A stretch of DNA of 63,644 bases, the filler included, from Folioceros fuciformis (taxonomy: Eukaryota): the NCBI GenBank assembly GCA_049999805.1. It is 16 parts of 16 records of this genome, joined end to end, with 100 filler letters (N's around TTAATTAATTAA, not from the genome) between each part and the next. Parts side by side here need not be neighbours in the genome. Positions count along the whole stretch, not along the records: positions 1 to 6,652 come from JBNGIO010002961.1; positions 6,753 to 15,510 come from JBNGIO010002962.1; 14 more parts are not named here. One strand, given 5' to 3'. Below, piece after piece: positions 1-10,998 of the stretch. The translations under genes were made by a program, and so were the position numbers. The notes beneath the pieces were generated by a model. The model was not told where the DNA came from, searched no databases, and saw nothing but the letters and a program-made list of their open reading frames with translations. Position 1 is the first letter of the stretch. Each line of letters opens with the position of its first letter.

Positions 1-816
1 GGAAAGCAAGAAGTAAATTATGGAAGGTCGTGTGGCCTTCTTGAAGGCGTGGGGACACCGGTTCACGGTGTCCCGTGAAAGTGGCTGTTGAGTTAGTTAG
101 GTCACGACCATTCATTATGCACCCTTATGTATCTAAAGTTTCGATATATAACTATTATTAATTAAATGCAGGCTACTTTAAATAAATAACCTTCAACTTA
201 TTTATATTTTTATGCCGCTCACCAGTCCTCTTTTGTTCTTTCCCCTTTTTTTACCCATTGCTCTTGCTAAGACCAAGAGACCTCTGTTTAAGGACTATTC
301 GACAATCCGACGACCCATCGTGCCTTGGGTCGTTTCTAACCCGTTGGCTACACCTTCTCTTGGCTGGCTGGATGCATTGTTTGCATGTTTGCTATCCTAA
401 CCTACTCTGGCTGGAGCTCAGCTCATGCAACCTCCTCACTAACCTCTTTTGCTGTGTTCTTTTTGTTACTAACTTGTCTACGGTAGGTTTGACCTACTCT
501 TTGTGGGCCCTATAGAACAATAGTTTAGGACTAAACTAAAAGACTAACATGTGCTCCTCCCATGAGGGTTGTGCGTCAGCCATCGTGAGGACCGTTAGGG
601 GAGATGCTACAAAGGTGAAGGTGACTGGACCGGAGGTAGCGTTAGCCACCATGGGAACAGTTGTAGGGAAAGACTTTGCAGGCAGCCAACCAACAATAAG
701 AAGGCGGCGCCCACTAGATTTGGAAGACCAGTCAACCACCAAGATTTTGCAAGAGCTGTTGGTAGGGTTAGCAAGGGGACTAGCAGGTTTTCAAGTTGAT
801 GGTAGGGTAGACTAGC

Positions 817-1122
817 TTAGAATAATAGTTTGGGATAAACTACTACTTTAGCTATCATGTCATAGTAATCAACCTGTAGAGAGATTAAAGGGGACTAGAC
901 CTAGGAGTCTTCCATAAGAGGTTGTGAACCTCTAGAACCCGCTTGTCACTTAGCGCTCTCTTTTGGGTTGTCCCTGCTTGGATGAAGTAGTGTGTGTCGG
1001 CTGTGCGTGTTGTGCAATGCCTGGCAAAGCTTTGAGAAACAATGGCTAGGGTTAAGGGTTGGGCCCCTTTATTTTTTATCGTGCCATCCGTGTAGTCTCT
1101 TAGTTTATCCCTCTTGTTTCCT
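817..1122 (+). repeat. Ty3/Gypsy LTR fragment, inverted relative to the LTR at 3403-4263
   Basis: Aligns by eye with the reverse complement of ~3955-4263 (tagaataatagtttgggataaac...gggcccct...ccctcttg). It probably extends upstream into 1-816. Confidence 0.75.
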
Positions 1123-3380
1123 CACAGGATGATGCTCTCAAATAGAAACTTAGCTACTATTGGGGCATCATTCTATTTGGTAGCCTCTGCCTCCACCATC
1201 TTGGTGCAGTAATATGTCACCACTAAGATGTATTGCTTCCTTGTCCAACGAGTGGGTGCACGAATTGGCCGTACAAAGTCCCCACTTCTGAAATGGAGCC
1301 AATGGCAAGATGAAGGTCAACGGCCACCTGGTTGTCAATGTGGATTGCCCTACCCTTTGACAAGCATCACACCTCCTCACAAATTTCCACACATCTCTTT
1401 GCATGGTAGCCCACCAAAACCCTGTATCCAAGATCTTTTTGATGGTAATGGGGACTGAATAGTGGCCTCCTCCCTTTTTAGCATGTAAAGCTTCAGTCAC
1501 CAAAGCACCTTCATTCACCTCCAAACAACACCTCACCTTATCATCCGGGACTAATTTGTAAAAGACCCCTTATTTCATATAGTATGGGGCTGTCTTGTGC
1601 ACAAACACTGCCCTACCTTCACGACTCAATCCAACTGGCATCATTCCAAACTCTAGAAATCTCCTCACCTCAACTAGCAGCAACTATCTAGCATAAGGCC
1701 TCCCAACCTATCACCATGGTCGCCCTTCATCCTACGACCCTTGCTGACCTTTTGGCTGCTCTCAACCCTTGTAGAGGTTCCTCCTCCCTCTTGGGCTGAC
1801 TGTCCATCAAATTCTCCATCTTTTGCTGTATGGACAGCAGCAACCAACTCTTGAATGAATCTCCTGTAATAGCCAACCAACCCAATGAAGCCTCTAACCT
1901 GCCTCACACTTTAAGGTGCATCCATCTTCAAGACGATCTTCACCTTCTCCATGTCAACTTGTAGCCCCCTAGTTGAAACTCTATGGGCTAGCAAGATACC
2001 CTCCGTCATGCAAAAGAAACACTTCCCCGGATGCAACTTGAGGTTAGTCTCCTTACACCTCTACAAGCACTTCCTAAGTTGTTCCAAGTGTAGGCCCTTC
2101 TCCCAAAGACACAAAAATCATCCAAGAACACCTCCATGAACTTTCGGAGGAACTCCTTGAAAATGGTATTCACCACCCGCTGGAAAGTTGTTGAAGCATT
2201 GCAAAGCCCAAAAGGCAACTTGGTGTAGGCATAGGTCCCCCAATCAGTTGTGAAAGTCATCTTGTCATGATCCTCCTCTTGTAGCGTGATCTTATTATAA
2301 CCTGAATACCCATCCAAGAAACTATACATCTCATGTCCAGCACAGTGTTTAGCACGCTGTCCATGAAAGGGAGGGCTAGAAGTCCTTCTTGGTTGCCTCA
2401 TTGAGCTTCCTTAAGTCCTGACAAACCCTCACCTTGCTAGCCTGATTCTTAAGCACCACCACAATTGGAGCTACCCACCCACTAGCTAGTATAGGGTAAA
2501 TGACTTCGGCCTCCAAATACTGGTCCAATTGCTCCTTCACAACCATGGACTACTTTGGGTACAGCTGGTATTGCTTCACCCGAACCGATGTGCTTCCCTC
2601 CTTGAGGTCTATCCTATGAACACCCGGCTCCTTTGGGACACTTGTCATGTCCATCACCTTGAAGGCAAACACATCCAAGTATTCAGTCAACAATACCTTC
2701 AAATTTGCCCTCTCCTTGGGTGTGAGGTACTTGGACACCTTGACCTTCTTCCTTGGAGCCTACTCTATGTCCTCCACATCATATGAATCCACGTAAACTC
2801 CCTCAAGGCTGCTCCCTACACTTGATCCTGATCCTTCTTCTGGAAAATCATAGTCATATGCCTTTCCCTTCTGAAACGCAGCTCCTTCCCCTTGCTCTTC
2901 ATCCTCCAGTGGATCTTCATTCTCCATCACTTCAACATGGAAACAGGTCACCTCTTGACCTAAATCCACCATCCTAACAGCATGCCCTACTCCCTTTTAG
3001 GCTTTTGCATTGTTGGAAGTGCTACCTCTGGAACTACCATTGCGTACCTACTGGATGATCTTGCTGTCTCTTCCCCATAGGGAGCTTTGCTCCACAAGAC
3101 AAATGAAACTGCCGCAGGTTCTGTAGGTTAAGACCTAAAGGTTGCACCTTTCCTGCCAAAATCAAACACACAGGCTATCCCATACAGCCACCTCCTCCCA
3201 AGGAGCACCTTGTACCCAAGGTCAAACACTGGCCTCATGACAATGTAGGTAAGGTTGAAAGTGATCCCTTCTATCACTATAGGCACATCCCTTAGCACTC
3301 CTAGAGGTTTCCTCTTGGTTTGGTCTGCCATCTTATAGGAAACACTTCCATCCAAACAGGAAAAGAAACTCCCAAATTGC
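1123..3380 (-). pseudogene. pol: Degenerate Ty3/Gypsy (Athila/Tat-like) pol: protease C-terminus, RT, RT connection, integrase
   Basis: Fragments VLLGRRWL (protease), SFLDGYSGYNKI / LPFGLCNA / VFLDDF (RT), VRGFIGLVGYYRRFI, and H...GHY...CDACQR (integrase Zn finger), in Gypsy order RT then IN. Many stops, frameshifts and deletions. Confidence 0.9.
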
Positions 3381-3398
3381 TCCCTAGCAACGGCGCCA
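3381..3398 (-). promoter_or_regulatory. Gypsy primer-binding site (tRNA-Asp type)
   Basis: Minus strand TGGCGCCGTTGCTAGGGA, 4 nt after an LTR end ...CCACCACA; resembles the Athila-type PBS TGGCGCCGTTGCCGGGGA. Confidence 0.8.
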
Positions 3399-3402
3399 AA
3401 AA

Positions 3403-4263
3403 TGTGGTGGCAAAACCTTGGGCAATTGCCTGCTAAGGGGTTCAACCTCTAGTGTCCACACTTATCCCACTATTGTTGAGACATTGGGTTTCATTTCGAT
3501 GAAGAAGCAATAGGGTTCCTTGCTACTATGGATGGAGGGCTAGACTTACGATACGCACAGCCCACAACAGGTTGCCAACCTCTAGGAATACATATGGAGA
3601 ATGGTATCCCTATGACTGGACAGTCCTTACAACGTCAGCACACTCATATAAACTAGATGATGAATTTGAGGGCTCCCCTCTAGCTCCGATCAGGCATGGG
3701 ATAGTCCTTAATGTCCAACTGTCTTCTGCCAACAAACTCACTACAGCCACTACAATGACTCTAACCTCTCAGGTCGACAACTTTCCTCACTCACTCACAA
3801 ACTAGCACAAGCACCACCACCACTACCTCTACACTTCCCTATTGACTCCCCCACTCGGCAAGAGTCACTAGACTAACCCCAAAGAAGAACATGTCGCTAC
3901 TCACGATCCTACCAGGCACCATGCAAGCATGGTCAGCACTCACTCCAGCCTTGCAAGGGAACAAGAGGGACAGACCATAGAGACATGACACGGATGGCAC
4001 AATCAAGAATGAAGGGGCCCAACCCTTAACCCTAGCCACTACTTCTCAAAGCTTTACCAGGCATTGCACAATACACACAGCCAACACACACTGCTTCATT
4101 CAAGTAGGAACAACTCGAGAGAGAGCATTAAGTGACAAGTGGGTTCTAGAGGCTCACAACCTCTTATAGAAGACTCCTAGGTCTAGTCCCCTTTACTCTC
4201 TCTACAGGTTGACTACTATGACACGACAACTAAAGTAGTAGTTTATCCCAAACTATTATTCTA
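3403..4263 (-). repeat. Ty3/Gypsy 5' LTR (its 5' part probably truncated)
   Basis: Ends in CA next to the PBS; homologous to LTR pieces at 817-1122, 29285-29426, 32265-32863 and 56958-57482. Confidence 0.8.
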
Positions 4264-4790
4264 GGGTGGTGTCAGGCCCAAAAATAACCATCAAAGGATT
4301 ACTCTGATGGCCCACCGAACTCGTTTTCGGAGTAAGAAGGAAAAAATTGGTTTTCTAATAAATGGCTATTTTCTGCAGTCCCAAGTTTATTGGAGTTGAA
4401 GACATGCCGAACCCCTGGCTGTTAACTGGACGAATGGATTGATAGTAAAGACGATCCGCTCAAGATCCGGTACTTTGACATCATGCAGAAGGCGAGGCGT
4501 AATCATTCCGAACGGTTGCAGGCGTACCAAGGCCGCCGGACATAAGGTTTCACGCTGGCATACACTAGCCGATACGCCCCACTCTTTTCCCTCTCCCTCC
4601 CAACATCCCGCCTGGATGTCATTCTGACTTCCTCGTTCTGCTCCGTTCTTCTACTACTCCAGTTCGTCTTCACGTGCCTCATCTGCCCTCTTCTTGCCCT
4701 TGTTTTCTCCCCTACCTCCTCTTAGAACCTAGTGCAGTGCCTCTCTCTACTACCTCTTCCTCATTCTCAAGCCTGCAGGACTTCTTCGTC

Positions 4791-6652
4791 ATGGCCCCAG
4801 GACAGCTCCACAAAGTCGGTAGCACCTAGAGGCTCAACACGAAGCAAATCCAGACACCCTCCTATTCAAATTTTGCACCTTGGATAGCAACGGCAAGGGA
4901 CCGTTTGGAGTAGTGGGTATTGGGTATTTTCCAATTTCCGTGGGCCATCAACTCCACGACCATCGTCCAGGAATTTGCCTGGACCATGCTGCAATGCGCA
5001 CGCGGCAAGCCTACCTCCTCGTAGATCCGGGACAATCCCACGCTATGGACTGTCTAGATGATGTGCGACGTGTATTGACGTCCAGAGGAGGAACGTGGTG
5101 GACTCTACCTCAATTCGCAATGCAACAAGGAGCGGCAACACTCCTAGAGGTGGACTCCACCAAAACCACCAATGGGTGGTTGATCCACGACCTCACGGAC
5201 CCTCGGATCAAGGGAGTGGCCTGTATAATTGTCAACTAGTTGCTAGTGACAAAGACGGACCACATAGCCGACAAAGTGCTACTACTCTTTTATGGGCTGG
5301 CACAGGGCACCCCAGTAGATTAGGGGAAGGTTGTGGCACATCGGATTCAATTCGATGTTAGAAAGCTCAGGAAGGAGAAGCCACCTACCTCGTGCCTTTC
5401 TCCTCTCCTTTTTCATATATGGAATGACTATAAGGTCCTGACGGATTTGGAGAAGGCCTCTCTTGCCCGACTACCTCCCCCCCGGGCCCCCTCCTCCGCT
5501 GCTCCTCCACCATCTCCTAGGAAGAAGGCCTCGATGCCAGCCACTCAGCCCAAGACTCTCCCCATCTACTAGTTTTGAATCCCTCAAAGGACAGGCGCGG
5601 AGCAGTGCTAGAGTTGCCCTCTGTGGCCAATGCCCCCAACTCTCCGCCCATCCCGCCTCCAAAGCAGAAAACAGGAGTGCCGCCGGCCCAGCCACCTCCT
5701 CCCAAACAACAGAACATCATGGCCATGTCCATGGTGGGGAGACGGATGCAGCTACGGAATGCCCCGCCACCTACGAGTCCGGAGCCAGAAGACTTCTTGG
5801 CTCTAGTACCCGGAACAGGAGGAGTGCCAAGGACTAGGGAAGAGGTGGACCATATCGAATGATGGTCCGATTAGTCGGGCAACTAGACTTCAACGAGCGG
5901 CACGGGATCAGACCGTCTAGTGCTAAATGGTCACCCTCACCCCACAGAAGGAAGAAGGGGTGAAGACCCCACTCTTCGAGCCCCCACCACCTATCATAGT
6001 GATACCTCCTCTGGTCCCCAGACCAACTCCCAACCCAGCTCAAGAGGAGGTCGACTGTTGCAAGGCACTACCACGATCCATAATGCTAGAAGACCTCATC
6101 AATGGAGGTAATACGGACCCAAAAGCCATGAGAAAAGCTATCTGGACGTCCTTCGGGAGGGCACAGATGCCTCCCAACTACCGATTCTATATTGAAGCCA
6201 TCACAGAAGGAACCACACAAGCAGCCTAGGAGATCGTCACGAGCATGGCAGAAGGACTAGCGTGGTCCTTCGAGTAGGTTGCAGCACAAGAGGGTGAGAA
6301 CATCACCCTCCGGAGAAGGATGATTGAACTAGCCACTCAGTTATCCACTTTTAGGGAAAAAGCTACCGGACACACCACCGAGTTGTAGGAGGAGTCTGGT
6401 AGGTATTGGGAAGAGCTAGACAGGTGCGAATAGGAGCTAGAGGAGTTGAAGTCCCAGGTGGCCAAACAAACTACGGACCGGGAGAGACAACTCGGTGAGG
6501 CATGGGGAGAAAATGCAAGGGCACAGGCTACCATGGAATCCATCCACGTAGAGGAGAGGCAGGCGTGAAGAAAGCGGGAGACTCACTCCCATGAAGCCTA
6601 CAAGCTGTGTATTTTGCGGAGAGAGCAAGGCAATTGCTATCGACTAAACTTT
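4791..6652 (+). pseudogene. Degenerate transposon accessory ORF (helical domain, Pro-rich linker, C-terminal coiled coil), probably a Gypsy extra ORF
   Basis: Broken frames reading FQFPWAINSTTIVQEF...VAHRIQFDVRKLRKEKPPTSCLSPLLFHIW, then a Pro-rich stretch, then a Glu/Arg-rich region with many TAG stops. Confidence 0.45.
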
Positions 6653-6752
6653 NNNNNNNNNNNNNNNNNNNNNNNNNNNNNNNNNNNNNNNNNNNNTTAA
6701 TTAATTAANNNNNNNNNNNNNNNNNNNNNNNNNNNNNNNNNNNNNNNNNNNN
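6653..6752. other. Artificial contig linker N44-TTAATTAATTAA-N44 (first of 15)
   Basis: Identical 100-nt linkers also start at 15511, 17639, 20784, 21958, 26348, 29185, 32165, 40092, 43764, 46860, 48926, 56858, 59341 and 62321. The 12-mer places stop codons in all six frames. Confidence 0.98.
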
Positions 6753-6799
6753 GCGGTCGCCTGATTGCTCAAGGACAGAAGGTTGGACGGATGTTCACC
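6753..6799 (+). mobile_element. Fragment of an older Copia pol that is the insertion target of Copia-A1
   Basis: Translates GRLIAQGQKVGRMFT, similar to RKLIAKGSRNGRMFT in Copia-J (48970-49833 ORF). Confidence 0.6.
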
Positions 6800-6974
6800 A
6801 GAGCGGAAACAGAACTCTTGCTTGAAAAACTCATGCTTTTTATTTCTCGTGAACAACATTTATATATATTCAGTTGACGGTTAAATAACCGCTTGTAACT
6901 TTAATAATCCTAAGTAAACTGAAACTATCCAAAACCAAACTAGGAACTAGGATTAGGAACTAGGGGTTTTTACA
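6800..6974 (-). repeat. Copia-A 3' LTR, 175 bp, TG...CT
   Basis: Reverse complement matches the 5' LTR at 29427-29601, including both positions where that copy differs from 26448-26622. Confidence 0.93.
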
Positions 6975-7056
6975 CTCCCTCTAGTTGAAGTTTTACTTAG
7001 AATAAATATCCTTTTATTTATTTATTTATTTAATTTATTTTATTTTCTTTGACCTT

Positions 7057-10000
7057 CTAACTTTTAACCAAAGCTAAGTCCTTCACTCCCAACGCTGCCC
7101 GGTGCTGCTCATGTTTGAAACGAGCCAGCGCCTTCGTTAGTACATCAGCTTGATTTTCCTCTGTTGCAACATATTGTAACTGGATTTGCTTCTCCTCCAC
7201 GAGTTGTCGAATGTAGTGAAACCTCAGCTCTACATGTTTGGTCCGTGAGTGATACACGGGATTCTGAGTCATAGCAATGGCCGATTGTGAGTCTGAAAAG
7301 AGAACAGTTGGATTATCAAACGGTCGACGCAGACCCTCCGAGAATCTACGATGGCACAACACCTCCTTCGCTGCTTCAGTACATGCAGAGTACTCCGCTT
7401 CTGCGGATGACAAACAGATTGTGTGTAGCCGCTTGCTACTCCATGATATAGCAGCAGATGCGGCCATAACTGCATAGGCTGCCGTGGACCGTCTCTTGTC
7501 AAGATCCCCTGCCCAATCGCTGTCGCTGAAAGCTGTAAGTAACATCTCTGCTGGCTCCGTACTTCCTCTCAATCTGTAAACAAGTCCATAAGCTGCCGTG
7601 CCCTTGAGATAACGAAAAACGCGCTTGGTTGTAGTCCAATGCATTTCACCATAACCCTCGAAATATTGACAAATCTGTGACACGGCTTTGCTTATATCAG
7701 GTCGAGTCGATACTTGCAGATATTGGAGTGAACCGCAGGCTGCGCGGTAAGGAATCTCTTGCATTCTTTCAATATCTCTAGCTGACAACGGTGTTGGCAT
7801 AGCTGATAGTTGTACTGAGGTAGACATTGGTGTTGCACAGGGTTTTGCAGTATCCATGCCAAATTTCTTAAGAACTTGTTGAACATACACCTCTTGAGAC
7901 AAGGTGAGAACCCCTTCAGCACGATTTCGAGTTACCTTGATGCCTAGAAAGGAATGAAGCTCACCCATGTCTGTCATGGCAAACCTGCTTGATAGAATCT
8001 TCTTAGCATATTCTAAAGTTCCGCCAGGTCCTGAACTGTTTGATATTAAAACAGTATCATCTACGTAAACAGCTAATATCACAAAACCTTGCGTGTTCCT
8101 AAGCAAAAACACATTCATGTCGGACGGATTCTGCTCAAAACCACAGGTCAGTAGATACTCTCGAAAACACCCAAACCACTTGTGTGGACTCTGCTTGAGC
8201 CCATATAATGCCTTCTTTAATTTGCAAACAAAATTCTCTTGTCCTACAGGTACCTCTACCCCTTGGGGTATCTCCATGAAGATGTCTTCATTAATTTTCC
8301 CATATAAGAACGCACTCTGGACATCCATTTGATGGATGTCCAGATCTGTATATGCTGCAAGAGCCACTAAGTGTCTTACTGAGCTTTGTCGTACTACTGG
8401 AGAAAAGGTCTCTAGGTAGTCCTCCCCGGCCTTCTGAGAGTAGCCCTTAACGACAAGCCGTGCCTTAAGCTTGTCGTGCGAACCATCAGCCTTGTATTTT
8501 GTCTTAAAGACCCATTTGGTCTTAATTGGTTTTCTTCCTCTAGGGAGTGGCACAAGCTCCCATGTTTTATTTCGATGAAGTGCATCTAACTCCTTCTTAA
8601 TTGCCTCTGACCATCCTCTTGCGTTCTCACTTGATAAAGCTTCATCGTAGGTCTGAGGATCACTTCCTCTTTCAGCGTCCTCTGCAGCAGCAGCTAGCTC
8701 ACTATTAATACTTACTTGGTGATCATATGTGAGAGGAGGCTCCCTCCATAGTTCTCTTGGTGGTCTTGTCCTTTGAGAACGTCGTGGTTGTTGATTTTGT
8801 GGATGAGGTAATACTGGTTGATTATCAAGACCATCTTGTGGCTGTGGCTCCCCACTTTGTGGATTATCCGGAAAAGATGCAGAGCTAGGTAGAGGACGTC
8901 CTCCACCTGGATCAATGGGATCGGCTGCCGTGGGAGGTGACTGAGGCTGCAACATAGGAACAGGAGTACCTGTCGGTGAAGGCTCAAGGAATCGTGGAAT
9001 CTGAAATTGAACTCCTTGTGGGTATTCCGTAACTTCAGGCTCATCAAAGGTATCAGTTCCAACACCTTCAGTGTTTCTCGAATCTTTCCACATAAGGTTC
9101 TCTCTAAATATCACGTTCCTTGCAAAAATCACCTTCCTTGTTGCAGGATCAATCAATTTAAAACCTTTCACTTCGTCAGAATAGCCGATAAACATCAATC
9201 TTTGCCCCTTTGCATCCCACTTTTGTCGTTTTTGTGAGGGCACATGCGCATAGGCCAGACACCCAAACACTTTGAGATGTTTAAGGTCTGGTTTTCTGGC
9301 AGTCCAGACTTCAAATGGAGTTTTTCTCTCAAGGCATTTTGTAGGTAGTCGGTTCTGGACGTGAGCAGCTACTGCCACAGCTTCAGCCCAGAAACTCTTC
9401 TCAACTCCTGCTGCTTGCAACATACATCTTGCTGAATTATTGAGGTCTTTATTACGTTTTTCCGCAACACCATTCTGCTCTGGGGTGTAGGCTACAGAAA
9501 AATGACGCTGGATGCCATGTTGCTTGCAGAAAATGTCAAACTCTCTAGATGTATACTCACCTCCGTTGTCAGAACGCAATGTCTTCAATTGACTAGATGT
9601 AAACCTTTGTGAGTAGCTCAAATACTCTTTGAATCTGTCGAATACTTGGTACCTAGCCGATAGAAAGTAGATGCAGGTGAACCTACTATAATCGTCGATG
9701 AAACTTACAAAGTAGCTGCTGCCACCAATTGATTTATACTCCATCGGTCCGCACACGTCAGTATGGACCAGGTCCAATACACGTGTGGTCTTGGATAAAC
9801 TGTTAGGATGAGGAAGTTTTTCCTGCTTACCTAATATACATGGCTCACAGTGATCACCCCGATGAACTGTGAACTTGGGAATTCCAAGAGCTAGGTCGTT
9901 GTTGACTAACTGCTGCAGCTTACGCATGGATGGATGTCCCAATCGCCGATGCCACAACTTCGTCAAATTGACATCAGTTTGAGTGACTTTAACACGTAAG

Positions 10001-10473
10001 TGTGTGGTTTTTATGGACTTGACGTCCAACAGAACTAAACCCTTTTCTGGGCGTCCTCTTATAAGTACTTGATCAGGTGACGACTTGAGACTTATAGTAG
10101 CCTCATCATCTTCTATCACCACCCGATAAAGTTTTAAATCTCCTAAGCTTATTGTAGAAAGGAGATTCTTTGTGAGCGCTGGTACATACAACACTGGATG
10201 AAGTTTAAGGTGCGCTCCTGAGGTCAGCTCCAGCGTTACAGTGCCCTCTCCCAGTATTGGGCATATTCGATCGTCTCCTAAAGCAACTCTTCTAGGAGGT
10301 TCAAATTTTACATAGTCTGAGATAATCTCCTTATCATAACAAAAATGGCTTGAAGCCCCAGAATCAAGAAACCAGCATGAACTATCAAAATCAGAGGTCA
10401 AGTTACATGTGACTATGAAACAGCCCGGAGAACTGGAAGGAGGAGAGTGTGAGGTTTTGTTGTTTACTGACAC
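7057..10473 (-). CDS. pol: Copia-A Pol polyprotein (protease, GAG-pre-integrase, rve integrase, RT, RNase H), uninterrupted
   Basis: WFLDSGASSH, LWHRRLGH, LVHTDVCGP, RSDNGGEY, QNGVAE, QMDVQSAFL, AVYVDD, SDSDWAG, RTKHVELRFHYIR, ADVLTK. Confidence 0.95.
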   Translation of the reverse strand: MSVNNKTSHSPPSSSPGCFIVTCNLTSDFDSSCWFLDSGASSHFCYDKEIISDYVKFEPPRRVALGDDRICPILGEGTVTLELTSGAHLKLHPVLYVPALTKNLLSTISLGDLKLYRVVIEDDEATISLKSSPDQVLIRGRPEKGLVLLDVKSIKTTHLRVKVTQTDVNLTKLWHRRLGHPSMRKLQQLVNNDLALGIPKFTVHRGDHCEPCILGKQEKLPHPNSLSKTTRVLDLVHTDVCGPMEYKSIGGSSYFVSFIDDYSRFTCIYFLSARYQVFDRFKEYLSYSQRFTSSQLKTLRSDNGGEYTSREFDIFCKQHGIQRHFSVAYTPEQNGVAEKRNKDLNNSARCMLQAAGVEKSFWAEAVAVAAHVQNRLPTKCLERKTPFEVWTARKPDLKHLKVFGCLAYAHVPSQKRQKWDAKGQRLMFIGYSDEVKGFKLIDPATRKVIFARNVIFRENLMWKDSRNTEGVGTDTFDEPEVTEYPQGVQFQIPRFLEPSPTGTPVPMLQPQSPPTAADPIDPGGGRPLPSSASFPDNPQSGEPQPQDGLDNQPVLPHPQNQQPRRSQRTRPPRELWREPPLTYDHQVSINSELAAAAEDAERGSDPQTYDEALSSENARGWSEAIKKELDALHRNKTWELVPLPRGRKPIKTKWVFKTKYKADGSHDKLKARLVVKGYSQKAGEDYLETFSPVVRQSSVRHLVALAAYTDLDIHQMDVQSAFLYGKINEDIFMEIPQGVEVPVGQENFVCKLKKALYGLKQSPHKWFGCFREYLLTCGFEQNPSDMNVFLLRNTQGFVILAVYVDDTVLISNSSGPGGTLEYAKKILSSRFAMTDMGELHSFLGIKVTRNRAEGVLTLSQEVYVQQVLKKFGMDTAKPCATPMSTSVQLSAMPTPLSARDIERMQEIPYRAACGSLQYLQVSTRPDISKAVSQICQYFEGYGEMHWTTTKRVFRYLKGTAAYGLVYRLRGSTEPAEMLLTAFSDSDWAGDLDKRRSTAAYAVMAASAAISWSSKRLHTICLSSAEAEYSACTEAAKEVLCHRRFSEGLRRPFDNPTVLFSDSQSAIAMTQNPVYHSRTKHVELRFHYIRQLVEEKQIQLQYVATEENQADVLTKALARFKHEQHRAALGVKDLALVKS

Positions 10474-10504
10474 TCCACGTTTTTGATCATCAAACTTCTT
10501 TTTC

Positions 10505-10736
10505 TAAGAAATTACATGCAGATGTAGATTTATTATAAAAATAACATTGTATATATTCAAGAAAAAGAGAGTAAGTAAAACATTAAAACTTAAACTTAAC
10601 TATTCATGAATGGGTGTGACTATTACTAACAGTCGTAACCCTAGCGAAGAGGTAAGACATTTTAAACTATACACACAATATGAAACTGGATATAATATAA
10701 CCCTAATCTCATTATGCCAACATCAATACTCCTTCA
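10505..10736 (-). repeat. Copia-B 3' LTR (TGAAGGAGTATTG...TTCTTA)
   Basis: Preceded by PPT AAGTGGGAG (10737-10745); its start resembles the Copia-D LTR start TAAAGAAGTATTG; the other end is defined by the junction with Copia-A. Confidence 0.75.
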
Positions 10737-10998
10737 CTCCCACTTGTTGGATTATGACGATTCGGACGTCTCCTCTTCGCCTTCTCTAACACGGGTCGAG
10801 TGTGAGACTGTGAGCTGAGCTGAAAGCTCCGCTGTGTGCATGTACTGGGTTGCGCCGACACCTTTGCCTTTAAAGAAACGCGATGGAGCGTATCTGCACA
10901 AACTTGGGTAGCAGGTGCGTCGCGACCCTTATAGCATCCCTCCTCGCTTCAAGTCCTTTATTTGTAAGCTGTTGGAGCGTAGGATCTCTGAGCTCAAG

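Larger units (their letters stand above)
6800..10504 (-). mobile_element. Ty1/Copia family A, copy 1 (end of gag to 3' LTR), interrupted by Copia-B
   Basis: Intact PR-IN-RT-RH frame, PPT AGAGGGAG (6975-6982) and a 175-bp LTR matching 26448-26622 and 29427-29601. Confidence 0.95.

Noticed and set aside
6697-6708. Recurrent TTAATTAATTAA as a biological repeat or CRISPR-like array
   Set aside because: Always centred in N runs; it is an assembly linker.
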